From: a virus
Taxonomy: Duplodnaviria; Caudoviricetes
Length of the DNA: 64,000 nucleotides
Virus record (IMG/VR): IMGVR_UViG_3300036770_008730
Reading direction: 5' to 3' (one strand)
In this document: positions 56,692 to 64,000 of the stretch, piece by piece
Numbering within the stretch: the first letter of the stretch is position 1
How the letters are laid out: every line of letters starts with the position of its first letter
The notes under the pieces: generated by a model
The model's input: only the letters and a program-made list of their open reading frames with translations
Told to the model about the DNA's origin: nothing
Databases searched by the model: none
Position numbers and translations under genes: made by a program

Positions 56692-57863
56692 AGAATAATG
56701 TTGATGAACAATATTTACAATTAGTAAAACACATACTTAAAAATGGTGTAAAGAAATCTGATAGAACTGGAACTGGAACACTTTCGGTTTTTGATTATTC
56801 TATGAGATTCGATATGAGTGAAGGATTTCCACTCTTAACATCAAAAAAGATGTTTACAAAAGGTGTGATTCACGAACTTATTTGGTTTTTAAGGGGAGAT
56901 ACAAATATCAAATATCTTGTTGATAATGATGTTCATATCTGGGATGGAGACGCTTATAAACGATTTTTAACAGATGCAGCATCAATTAAAGAAGGATATT
57001 TGTCAGGTGACATTTTAGGTTCACAACCACACATTGATGAAATGTTTAGTAATCCTGATGAATTGATTATTTTAACAAAAGAAGAATTCATTGAAAAAAT
57101 CAAAACAGACGATGAATTTGCTAAGAAGTGGGGAAATCTCGGTCCCGTGTATGGGAAGCAATGGATAAGTTGGTCTAAATTTAATGATCGATCGGCAAGA
57201 GTAACTAAGCAAATTAGAGAAACTCCAAAAGATGGAGGATTTCCACAAACCAGAAATATTAATTGGATTGAAGGTGGTGAAGTAGTTTACATAGACCAAA
57301 TCGCAAACCTAATCAACGACCTTAAAACAAATCCTGATTCTAGAAGACTAATGGTAAGTGCCTGGAACGTCGGTGAAATAGACAATATGGTTTTGCCTCC
57401 ATGTCACTATGGATTTCAATGTTATACACAAGAGATGAATCTCTTTGAGAGAAAAAAATGGTGGTGTGAGTCTTTGGAGAAAAGTATTCATTATGCTGAA
57501 GATTTTAATGAGAAAGAACTAGACACATTAAATGTTCCTAAAAGAAAATTAAGTTTAAAATGGAATCAAAGATCGGTCGATGTCGGTTTAGGTTTGGGAT
57601 TCAACATAGCTTCTTATGCTTTACTTTTACACTTACTTGCAAAAGAGGTAAATATGATACCAAATGAGTTGATATTCTCTGGTGGAGATTGTCACATTTA
57701 TTTGAATCATGTTGAGAAGTTAAAAGAACAGTTACAAAATGAAACTTTTGAATTGCCAAAATTAGAATTAACAAATACATCTTTTGATGATATAAAGTAT
57801 GAAGATATAAAAATAATAAATTACAAATCCTCAGGGGTTATAAAAATGAACTTATCAAATTAA
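56688..57863 (+). CDS. thyA: Thymidylate synthase with insertions
   Basis: DRTGTGT, LPPCH catalytic Cys, QRSVD..FNIASY (Asn gives dUMP specificity), HIYLNH. Confidence 0.97.
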   Translation: MKNNVDEQYLQLVKHILKNGVKKSDRTGTGTLSVFDYSMRFDMSEGFPLLTSKKMFTKGVIHELIWFLRGDTNIKYLVDNDVHIWDGDAYKRFLTDAASIKEGYLSGDILGSQPHIDEMFSNPDELIILTKEEFIEKIKTDDEFAKKWGNLGPVYGKQWISWSKFNDRSARVTKQIRETPKDGGFPQTRNINWIEGGEVVYIDQIANLINDLKTNPDSRRLMVSAWNVGEIDNMVLPPCHYGFQCYTQEMNLFERKKWWCESLEKSIHYAEDFNEKELDTLNVPKRKLSLKWNQRSVDVGLGLGFNIASYALLLHLLAKEVNMIPNELIFSGGDCHIYLNHVEKLKEQLQNETFELPKLELTNTSFDDIKYEDIKIINYKSSGVIKMNLSN

Positions 57864-57864
57864 T

Positions 57865-58068
57865 ATGGAAAAAAAGAAAAATGAACCTGGATCTATCAAT
57901 ATGGTCAAAGTAAAAGAATCAATTTCAGCAATTGAGTTTTTAACTAAACAATATAAAAGAAAAAGAATGACTACAGAAAATTATATTAAGCAGATTCATC
58001 AAAATCTTGCTAATCTTGATACACAAAGAGACTATTTAGAGTATCTAAAAAATATTGGTCAGAACTAA
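57865..58068 (+). CDS. Small hypothetical protein
   Basis: 67-aa ORF tightly coupled in the operon. Confidence 0.65.
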   Translation: MEKKKNEPGSINMVKVKESISAIEFLTKQYKRKRMTTENYIKQIHQNLANLDTQRDYLEYLKNIGQN

Positions 58069-58562
58069 TGAGTAAGGAAAATTATCTTAGTCCGATTGTT
58101 GAGGCTATAAAGAGTATAGACACTAATTCGGAAAACTCTAATAAGTGGGTTTATGATGAAGTGGTTTCTACAACTAGAGTTGTAGAAGAGCAAAAAGTTT
58201 TTTTGTGGATTAGACTTTACCTAAAAGAGGAGAACCTAAATGTTCAAGTTGGTGATGATGTTTCTATCAATTTTTCACCAAGTGGTGAGAAATTAGTTAC
58301 AAAGTTTGCAGCTTATGGTAAAGAAGGATTAGAAAAAGATCATGTCGGTCAAGTAACAAATTTCAATCCTAATGATGATAAAAGAGTTTTATGTTTGTTG
58401 GTTGATGAGAATTTTATTAATACAAGTGATGATATACCTTTTATAAGAACATTATTTAAAACAGGTAAACATTATGAATACCAACTTGTAAAGAGAGATG
58501 AACTACAATTTGTAGTTGAAGGAAATGGAATTATTTTAGATTATTACGATTGTGATTTTTAA
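58068..58562 (+). CDS. Hypothetical protein
   Basis: 164-aa ORF coupled to the upstream gene (TAATG). Confidence 0.7.
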   Translation: MSKENYLSPIVEAIKSIDTNSENSNKWVYDEVVSTTRVVEEQKVFLWIRLYLKEENLNVQVGDDVSINFSPSGEKLVTKFAAYGKEGLEKDHVGQVTNFNPNDDKRVLCLLVDENFINTSDDIPFIRTLFKTGKHYEYQLVKRDELQFVVEGNGIILDYYDCDF

Positions 58563-58563
58563 A

Positions 58564-59226
58564 CTAACCTTTTTTGAAGTCTAATTTATCCGATTTTATA
58601 TATCTATTGGTATATGAGCACAATGGTTGAAGATTTGAGTAATGATTCAACTTTAAGATGTCCTCTTCGGATTTTGCGGAAGATAATGGAACTATATGAT
58701 CAATTTCCCATCCATAGTTTAACTCTCCATTATATAATCCATAATTATTCCAGTTCATCCAATCTTCAAATTTTGATTCTATGTGAATTTTTAATTCAAG
58801 TGGTGTACATCCTATGATTTCATGTGTTCTTGATATTTTCACATATCCATTTTTCTTCAAAATACATCTTATCGAACTTCCTATGCGTTCACATAATCTT
58901 TTTGGTGCATTATTCCTCCTTAATTCATTGATTTCTTCTTTATTTAGTTTATATTTTTCTCGTCTTTTTTGTGTTATAGATTCTTTATTTTTTTGAAAGT
59001 AATTTTTTTTATATTCTTTAACTTTATCTTTGTCTATTTTTCTTTTTTCCTTATTATATTTTTTACCTCTTTCGCTTTCTTTTTCTTTGTTTTTGTTTCT
59101 ATACTCAGTGTATATTATTTTACAACAACTTCTACAATTAATGTTAAGTCCGTCTTTCTTGTTTTTATCCTTCGTGAACTCGAATAATTCTTTTTCTGAC
59201 TTACAAGTTGAACAATTTTTACTCAT
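58564..59226 (-). CDS. HNH homing endonuclease
   Basis: CSTC/CRSC zinc knuckle; WEIDHIVPLS..LNHYSNLQPL; own TAATATATA at 59245-59253. Confidence 0.85.
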   Translation of the reverse strand: MSKNCSTCKSEKELFEFTKDKNKKDGLNINCRSCCKIIYTEYRNKNKEKESERGKKYNKEKRKIDKDKVKEYKKNYFQKNKESITQKRREKYKLNKEEINELRRNNAPKRLCERIGSSIRCILKKNGYVKISRTHEIIGCTPLELKIHIESKFEDWMNWNNYGLYNGELNYGWEIDHIVPLSSAKSEEDILKLNHYSNLQPLCSYTNRYIKSDKLDFKKG

Positions 59227-59344
59227 ACATTTAATTAATTTTTGTATATATTAATATTGAGTATCTATCAAACTTTTTTTCACAGAATTCTATAACATTT
59301 AAATAAAAAATAATCCAGAAGTCATTTTAGTAGAAACACAATAT

Positions 59345-61024
59345 TTGACCAACAGTAAGAAGCTTGTAGTTAGCTATGTTGATAAAACAGGAGATATAAA
59401 GCTTAAATATTATAATTGGGATAACCCAATGAAGTATGTTGCCTGTGAAGATACTGATACACAAAAGCATCCTAAGTTTAAATCTTGGGATGGGAAATCA
59501 GTAAAACAAATTGAAGTTAATCAGCCTGATAGATATGCTATCTATGAATTCTTAGATCATTTACCAGAATCTGAAAAACAAGAAATATTTGAATTCAATT
59601 TACCTAAAATCTATTTTATAGATATTGAGACTGAAATTCTTGATGGGTTTCCAGAGGCAGCTGATATAAAAGATCCAGCTGGAAATGTTATTAAAGAAGG
59701 AGCGGCTACAAGAGTTCTTTCCATTTCTATAGTTTATGAGGATAAGATTATATTGTTGGGTCTAAAGGACCTTTCACAGGATGCTCAAGATAGAATTATC
59801 AAAAACTCAAATAAGTATTTTGAAAAGTTCTCAGCTGATTACAAGTTCAAATATATGAAGTATGATGATGAGTTTGATATGCTTCATGCTTTCTTCTATA
59901 AGATGGTTCCTAAAATGGCACTACTTACTGGTTGGAACTTCCTTAATTATGACTGGTTATATTTAGTAAATCGTTCTAGAAAGTTATCAAAGTTTATCAA
60001 TGGTAAGGAATATAAAATCGATCCAGCTGTTTCATCTCTTACAAAAAGAATGAACAAGATTTGGTCAACTGAGTTTGAGGTTCCGGCTCATAGAATGATT
60101 TTTGATTATATGCAACTTTATGAAGTGTGTGATACTTCTATCAAAGTTAAAGAGTCGTCATCTTTAGATTTTGTTTCTAATAAGTTAGTTGGTATAGAAA
60201 AGATTAAGTATGTTAATTCTATTTTTAAGTTAAATCAAGATTCCACTATTGGTGGTTATGACTTCAAAGAAGGAGATATATGTCGTTCAGACAAACAGGG
60301 ATATTATATGTATATAGGAACCGATAGAATTGATTTTACCAAAGAACAATTTAGTAAGTATAAATCTTTATTCAAAGAAGTAAATGTTTCTAATTTACAG
60401 AAATTGTATGAAGAAGACTTTGAGATTTATATGTATTATAACGCTGTCGATTCAGTGTTAGTTCAAAAAATTCATGATGCTAGAAATTATATTTCAATCA
60501 TATATGCGATTTCATCACTTGCTCAAATTAGAATAGTGGATGTTGTTTCTCAAATGAATAATGCTCTTGGTTCTTTGGCAATCACAGAAGGAGTTTTAAG
60601 AAACAGATTTCGTAAAATGGATAACATTGTTCTTTTTAGAGATGAAAAAGGAGATGCTGAGTCAACTATTGCAGGTGGTTGGGTAAAGGATCCAGTTGTT
60701 GGAATGAATCAATGGTGTGTTTGTTACGATTTTGCCTCACTTTATCCTACAACGCAAAGGCAATTCTTTATCGCTCCTGAGACATTTGTTGGATTAGAAG
60801 ATGAAAATAAGAGAGGTTATTGTACAAATGGTAGAAAGATAGACTTAGAAAAGCATGTTCTTTGTGTTAATGGTGTTGTATTTGAGAAGAGAAAATCTCC
60901 TACTTTAATTATGCTTGAAGATGTTTACGCTGATAGAAAGAAGAATAAGAATATAATGATGGATAAAAAAGAAGAACTTAAAAAAGTTCTTGATGAGATA
61001 AAGCAACTCGAATCTGATTTATAA
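59345..61024 (+). CDS. gp43: Family-B DNA polymerase, N-terminal half only (gp43A-like: 3'-5' exonuclease plus palm motif A)
   Basis: ExoI DIETE, ExoII GWNFLNYD, ExoIII YNAVD, motif A DFASLYP; ends just after DRKKNK without KxxxNSxYG or YGDTDS; non-ATG start. Confidence 0.9.
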   Translation: MTNSKKLVVSYVDKTGDIKLKYYNWDNPMKYVACEDTDTQKHPKFKSWDGKSVKQIEVNQPDRYAIYEFLDHLPESEKQEIFEFNLPKIYFIDIETEILDGFPEAADIKDPAGNVIKEGAATRVLSISIVYEDKIILLGLKDLSQDAQDRIIKNSNKYFEKFSADYKFKYMKYDDEFDMLHAFFYKMVPKMALLTGWNFLNYDWLYLVNRSRKLSKFINGKEYKIDPAVSSLTKRMNKIWSTEFEVPAHRMIFDYMQLYEVCDTSIKVKESSSLDFVSNKLVGIEKIKYVNSIFKLNQDSTIGGYDFKEGDICRSDKQGYYMYIGTDRIDFTKEQFSKYKSLFKEVNVSNLQKLYEEDFEIYMYYNAVDSVLVQKIHDARNYISIIYAISSLAQIRIVDVVSQMNNALGSLAITEGVLRNRFRKMDNIVLFRDEKGDAESTIAGGWVKDPVVGMNQWCVCYDFASLYPTTQRQFFIAPETFVGLEDENKRGYCTNGRKIDLEKHVLCVNGVVFEKRKSPTLIMLEDVYADRKKNKNIMMDKKEELKKVLDEIKQLESDL

Positions 61025-61061
61025 TTCCTTAAAAATATATAAAAAAAAGACTTTAAATACT

Positions 61062-61070
61062 TAATATATA
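61062..61070 (+). promoter_or_regulatory. TAATATATA putative late promoter
   Basis: Exact motif upstream of the ATG at 61096. Confidence 0.55.
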
Positions 61071-61095
61071 TGGTAGGAAAAAATAAATCTATTTT

Positions 61096-62781
61096 ATGCA
61101 AATTAAAAATTTTTCAAATCATTCTAATGAGTATGTTAAGTTGTATGAATCTAAACTATCTCAATGTGAGTTTTTATCAGAACAAAAGATTACTGCGAAT
61201 GACATCATAAATCCTCTTGAAGACCTAATCACTGAAGAGTTCATCAAAAAAATGATTGACAGAATTGGTGACAGTAAGTTTGGTCAAACTGTAAAGAATG
61301 TTGCGTCTACAGTAAAGACTGCAGTAAGTAATTTTTTCAATGGTGTTGTTAATTTCTTTAAAAACTTCTCATTCAAAAAATTGATAGGGGGTATCGTAAA
61401 CAAAATCAAAGAAATAGGATCTAAGGCTTGGCAAAAAGTAAAAGACGCTTTGTCATCTATGAGAGAATTTATTCTTCAAAATAATATGGTCGATCCTGAA
61501 ACAGGAAAGCCAATTTTGAAAAACATATGGTCTGTTCTTTGTACAAAGGCTAAAAGTGTTATCAACATGAAGGACTCTGGTCTTTCTGATGCTGATTTAC
61601 AGAAAGCTGGTGGTCAGATACAATTAAACGAAGCAGCTGATAAATATGATATTGGTGATGATGAGGTGAAGTACTATGGTGTATTTGAAAAAATTTCACA
61701 TGCTTTGGGTATCAAAAATGCGAGATTCAACGGTGTTGTTTCTCAGATTATGAAAAAAGGTACAATTGGTTTAATAATTATTGGTTTGATGAAGGTTGCG
61801 GGTTTAAGTCTTGGAGCCTTAGCAATAGCTAATCCAATAGCTATGGCTGTGATTGGTGGTATGTTATTGATGGCTGGTTTAATAATTTTAGCAATTTGGA
61901 TTTGCAAACCTTATCCTACGGTTGACGATTGTTTAGCTTATTTACATATGTTTTTTGGTAATAATCTTAAAAGCACTGGTATTACTGTTATTTTCAGTCA
62001 GACAAATTATAATATCAATATTGGAATTTCTGGTGGTAAAGAGGAAGATGTTACTACTGAAAAAGATGAAGAACCTATAAAAGATGATGGTGGTGAGGAC
62101 AAAAAAGAGCCTCTTCCTGAAAAATCACTTTACCCATTAATGATTAAAAATCTTAAAGCACTTCAAAGTATGTTAATTTCTTTTGATGGTGTTTCATTAG
62201 AAGGTGATGAACTTGCTAAAGGTAGTCGAGTTAAACAGAAAGAAAAACAAAAGGAAAAAGAAAAGGAAAAGGTAAGAGAAAGTCTAAGAGTTTTATCTTT
62301 TAGTGAATTAATTTTAGAAAAAGAATTTACTAAACAACCAAGAAATGTAAAGATTACAAAAGGTGAAGATTATCTTACCCAAGCTTTCAAAAATATTACT
62401 AAGTCAATTCAGAATATTAAGAATGAAAGTGATAAAGGTATATCTATTACTGATAAGTTTGTTGGTGATATTCTTTCTAAGAAAATGGAAGCTAAAGATG
62501 TTATTAAATCACTTTATGATGATATTTATGAACATTTGTATGGTAAATATGCTTCTACGATGCCTGACTTCGGAGCACTTTATAAAGAAAGTGTAGATGT
62601 TATATCTAAAACGGCTCAAAGAAAAATTGTAGCTGAGAAGATTGCAAGATTAGCTAAGAGAACGATGCAGTTTGAAGGTGAAGGTTTCTATAGTGGTTTA
62701 GGTGAGTTTGGTGCGGATATGGAAGAATTCAACACTACTTTAAAACAAATTATGGATTCTTTGAAAGCAGAAAATAAATAA
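61096..62781 (+). CDS. Putative internal virion/ejection protein with TM hairpin and a domain shared with 8826..11954
   Basis: MQIKNFS..KLYES..LSE leader; hydrophobic GLIIIGL..LAIWI segment; C-terminal GEDYLTQAF..VAEKIAR domain. Confidence 0.6.
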   Translation: MQIKNFSNHSNEYVKLYESKLSQCEFLSEQKITANDIINPLEDLITEEFIKKMIDRIGDSKFGQTVKNVASTVKTAVSNFFNGVVNFFKNFSFKKLIGGIVNKIKEIGSKAWQKVKDALSSMREFILQNNMVDPETGKPILKNIWSVLCTKAKSVINMKDSGLSDADLQKAGGQIQLNEAADKYDIGDDEVKYYGVFEKISHALGIKNARFNGVVSQIMKKGTIGLIIIGLMKVAGLSLGALAIANPIAMAVIGGMLLMAGLIILAIWICKPYPTVDDCLAYLHMFFGNNLKSTGITVIFSQTNYNINIGISGGKEEDVTTEKDEEPIKDDGGEDKKEPLPEKSLYPLMIKNLKALQSMLISFDGVSLEGDELAKGSRVKQKEKQKEKEKEKVRESLRVLSFSELILEKEFTKQPRNVKITKGEDYLTQAFKNITKSIQNIKNESDKGISITDKFVGDILSKKMEAKDVIKSLYDDIYEHLYGKYASTMPDFGALYKESVDVISKTAQRKIVAEKIARLAKRTMQFEGEGFYSGLGEFGADMEEFNTTLKQIMDSLKAENK

Positions 62782-62798
62782 AAAATTAAACTATTCAT

Positions 62799-63419
62799 AT
62801 GAATAACAAAATCAGAAAATTTGACCAATATAATGAAGGACTAGCTGATAGAATCAGAGCAGCTGGAGCAAAAACCAGAAGAATAGTTACTGGTGAGTCT
62901 GCTGGTGAAGAAATTCAGAAATTGAGCCAAGAACAACAAGAAAAAATTGAAAAATTATACTGGGAAAATCCCACCGAGGCTGCGAAATACCTTAGAAGTA
63001 TTATCGTAAAAGAAAAGAACTCTCAATTTGGATTGGGATTAGCTCTTACAATTGCGGGTGCTGGTATGGTCTATAAGGCTTCTAACTTCGAGCCACCAGA
63101 TCCAGATATTCCACCAGAACCTCCGACACCAAATGTTGAAGATTATGTAGTTCAAAAAGGTGACTCTTGGTGGAGAATCGCTCAGGAACATCTACCAGCA
63201 GGTTCTTCAAATAAAGAAATATTAGCATATGCTAAACAATTGGCAGCTGACAATGGTGCTGAAAATCTATATAGTGGTAAGTTTGGTAGCCCTGGTCTTA
63301 AACCTGATACTTGGACAAACATGTCTTCTGGTGATTCAGTTCCAAAATCAGTTATTTCAGCAGCTGATAAATTGACTACAGGTGAAGAAATTATGATAAC
63401 ACCATTCAAAGGAGTATAA
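62799..63419 (+). CDS. LysM-domain protein with leader, TM segment and Pro-rich linker
   Basis: MNNKIRKFDQYNEG; FGLGLALTIAGAGMVY; PPDPDIPPEPPTP; YVVQKGDSWWRIA. Confidence 0.8.
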   Translation: MNNKIRKFDQYNEGLADRIRAAGAKTRRIVTGESAGEEIQKLSQEQQEKIEKLYWENPTEAAKYLRSIIVKEKNSQFGLGLALTIAGAGMVYKASNFEPPDPDIPPEPPTPNVEDYVVQKGDSWWRIAQEHLPAGSSNKEILAYAKQLAADNGAENLYSGKFGSPGLKPDTWTNMSSGDSVPKSVISAADKLTTGEEIMITPFKGV

Positions 63420-63443
63420 TCTTAGAATTAAAAATAAATTTTG

Positions 63444-63472
63444 AAAATCCTCTAGAAATAGAGGATTTTTTT
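63444..63472 (+). terminator. Intrinsic terminator
   Basis: AAAATCCTCTA-GAAA-TAGAGGATTTTTTT. Confidence 0.8.
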
Positions 63473-63500
63473 GTATATTTACATATTAAATCATAATAAT

Positions 63501-64000
63501 ATGAAAAACCTATTTTTCCTCACACTCATTATTCTTTTAGGTATTTATGTTTTCAAAGATAATACTCAACCACTTTTTGATATTGAGAACAATTCAACTT
63601 TAAATAATTCTAACAAAAGAACAGTTTATCTTTCAGGTTTCAATTCTTTTGATCAAGAATATGTAAAAGGAGCAAAAAAAATTATTGAAGATAATTTTAA
63701 TTTTAATTGTGTTATAAAAAAATCCGTTATTATAGGATACTCTGAGGATAATTTTGATTGTGATTTAGCTCAAACTAAACTTGGTTATAGTCCCTATAAA
63801 CATTGTGACCTTGATGAATCTGTTACTGTATTCATTACAAATGAAAATATACATTCTTTTGGGAAAAAAGTTCGAGGAGTTTGTTATGGAAATCAAATTT
63901 ATGTCGAGCAGTATCATGGTTTCAAAGAGACTATTGTTCATGAATTATGTCATAGCATTGGTATGAGTCATTGTGAAAACGAATGTATAATGAACTCTAA
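63501..64000 (+). CDS. Archaemetzincin-like (M54) zinc metalloprotease, runs off the window end (absent from the ORF track)
   Basis: Manual translation: MKNLFFLTLIILLGIYVF (N-terminal anchor)...IVHELCHSIGMSHCENECIMN, i.e. HExxHxxGxxHC..C.M. Confidence 0.8.
   Translation, partial: MKNLFFLTLIILLGIYVFKDNTQPLFDIENNSTLNNSNKRTVYLSGFNSFDQEYVKGAKKIIEDNFNFNCVIKKSVIIGYSEDNFDCDLAQTKLGYSPYKHCDLDESVTVFITNENIHSFGKKVRGVCYGNQIYVEQYHGFKETIVHELCHSIGMSHCENECIMNS

Noticed and set aside
3851-57863. Inteins in terL, the tail sheath or thyA insertions
   Set aside because: No C/S start with His-Asn end, and no LAGLIDADG motifs in the inserted segments.
56688-57863. ThyA as a dCMP/dUMP hydroxymethylase feeding the GT cluster
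   Set aside because: It retains FNIASY (Asn, dUMP-specific) and canonical TS motifs, so it is best read as an ordinary thymidylate synthase.
61025-62781. Downstream ORF as the missing C-terminal half of PolB
   Set aside because: It has no motif B or C, has its own TAATATATA promoter, and carries the leader and a TM hairpin.
1-64000. Stop-codon reassignment (code 15/4) as in some jumbo phages
   Set aside because: Core genes (terL, sheath, thyA, ABC) are full length in code 11, and coding density is high without read-through.
1-64000. tRNA, rRNA, CRISPR, retron or DGR elements
   Set aside because: No cloverleaf/T-loop signatures, repeat-spacer arrays or reverse transcriptase motifs were seen; intergenic gaps are short and AT-rich.

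Overview
This is a 64-kb, AT-rich (about 25-30% GC), densely coding segment of a T4-like jumbo myophage read in the standard genetic code. No tRNA, rRNA or CRISPR array was found. Virion genes: large terminase with a divergent putative small terminase, a 1313-aa tail sheath, tail tube, a baseplate hub/chaperone pair, a 1943-aa baseplate/tail protein and a 1381-aa tape measure. DNA metabolism genes: gp47-like nuclease, thymidylate synthase, Fpg/Nei glycosylase, only the N-terminal half of a split family-B polymerase, and a stand-alone PolA-fold protein. Accessory genes: ClpS, cyanophycinase, five glycosyltransferase genes, an ABC exporter, several peptidases, a probable SAM lyase, a 2H phosphoesterase and two homing endonucleases. 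TTG-N19/20-TATATTTG promoters, a Bacteroidota-type ClpS and SD-less A-rich leaders point to a Bacteroidota host. A TAATATATA element upstream of many genes is a candidate late promoter. The most striking pattern is about 12 unrelated proteins (five in one cluster at 21.9-27.1 kb) sharing an N-terminal MK(H/Y)(L/I)Kx(F/Y)ExF..E leader resembling the T4 capsid-targeting sequence, which suggests a virion-packaged and injected enzyme payload. All functional calls come from motifs read by eye; no database searches were run.
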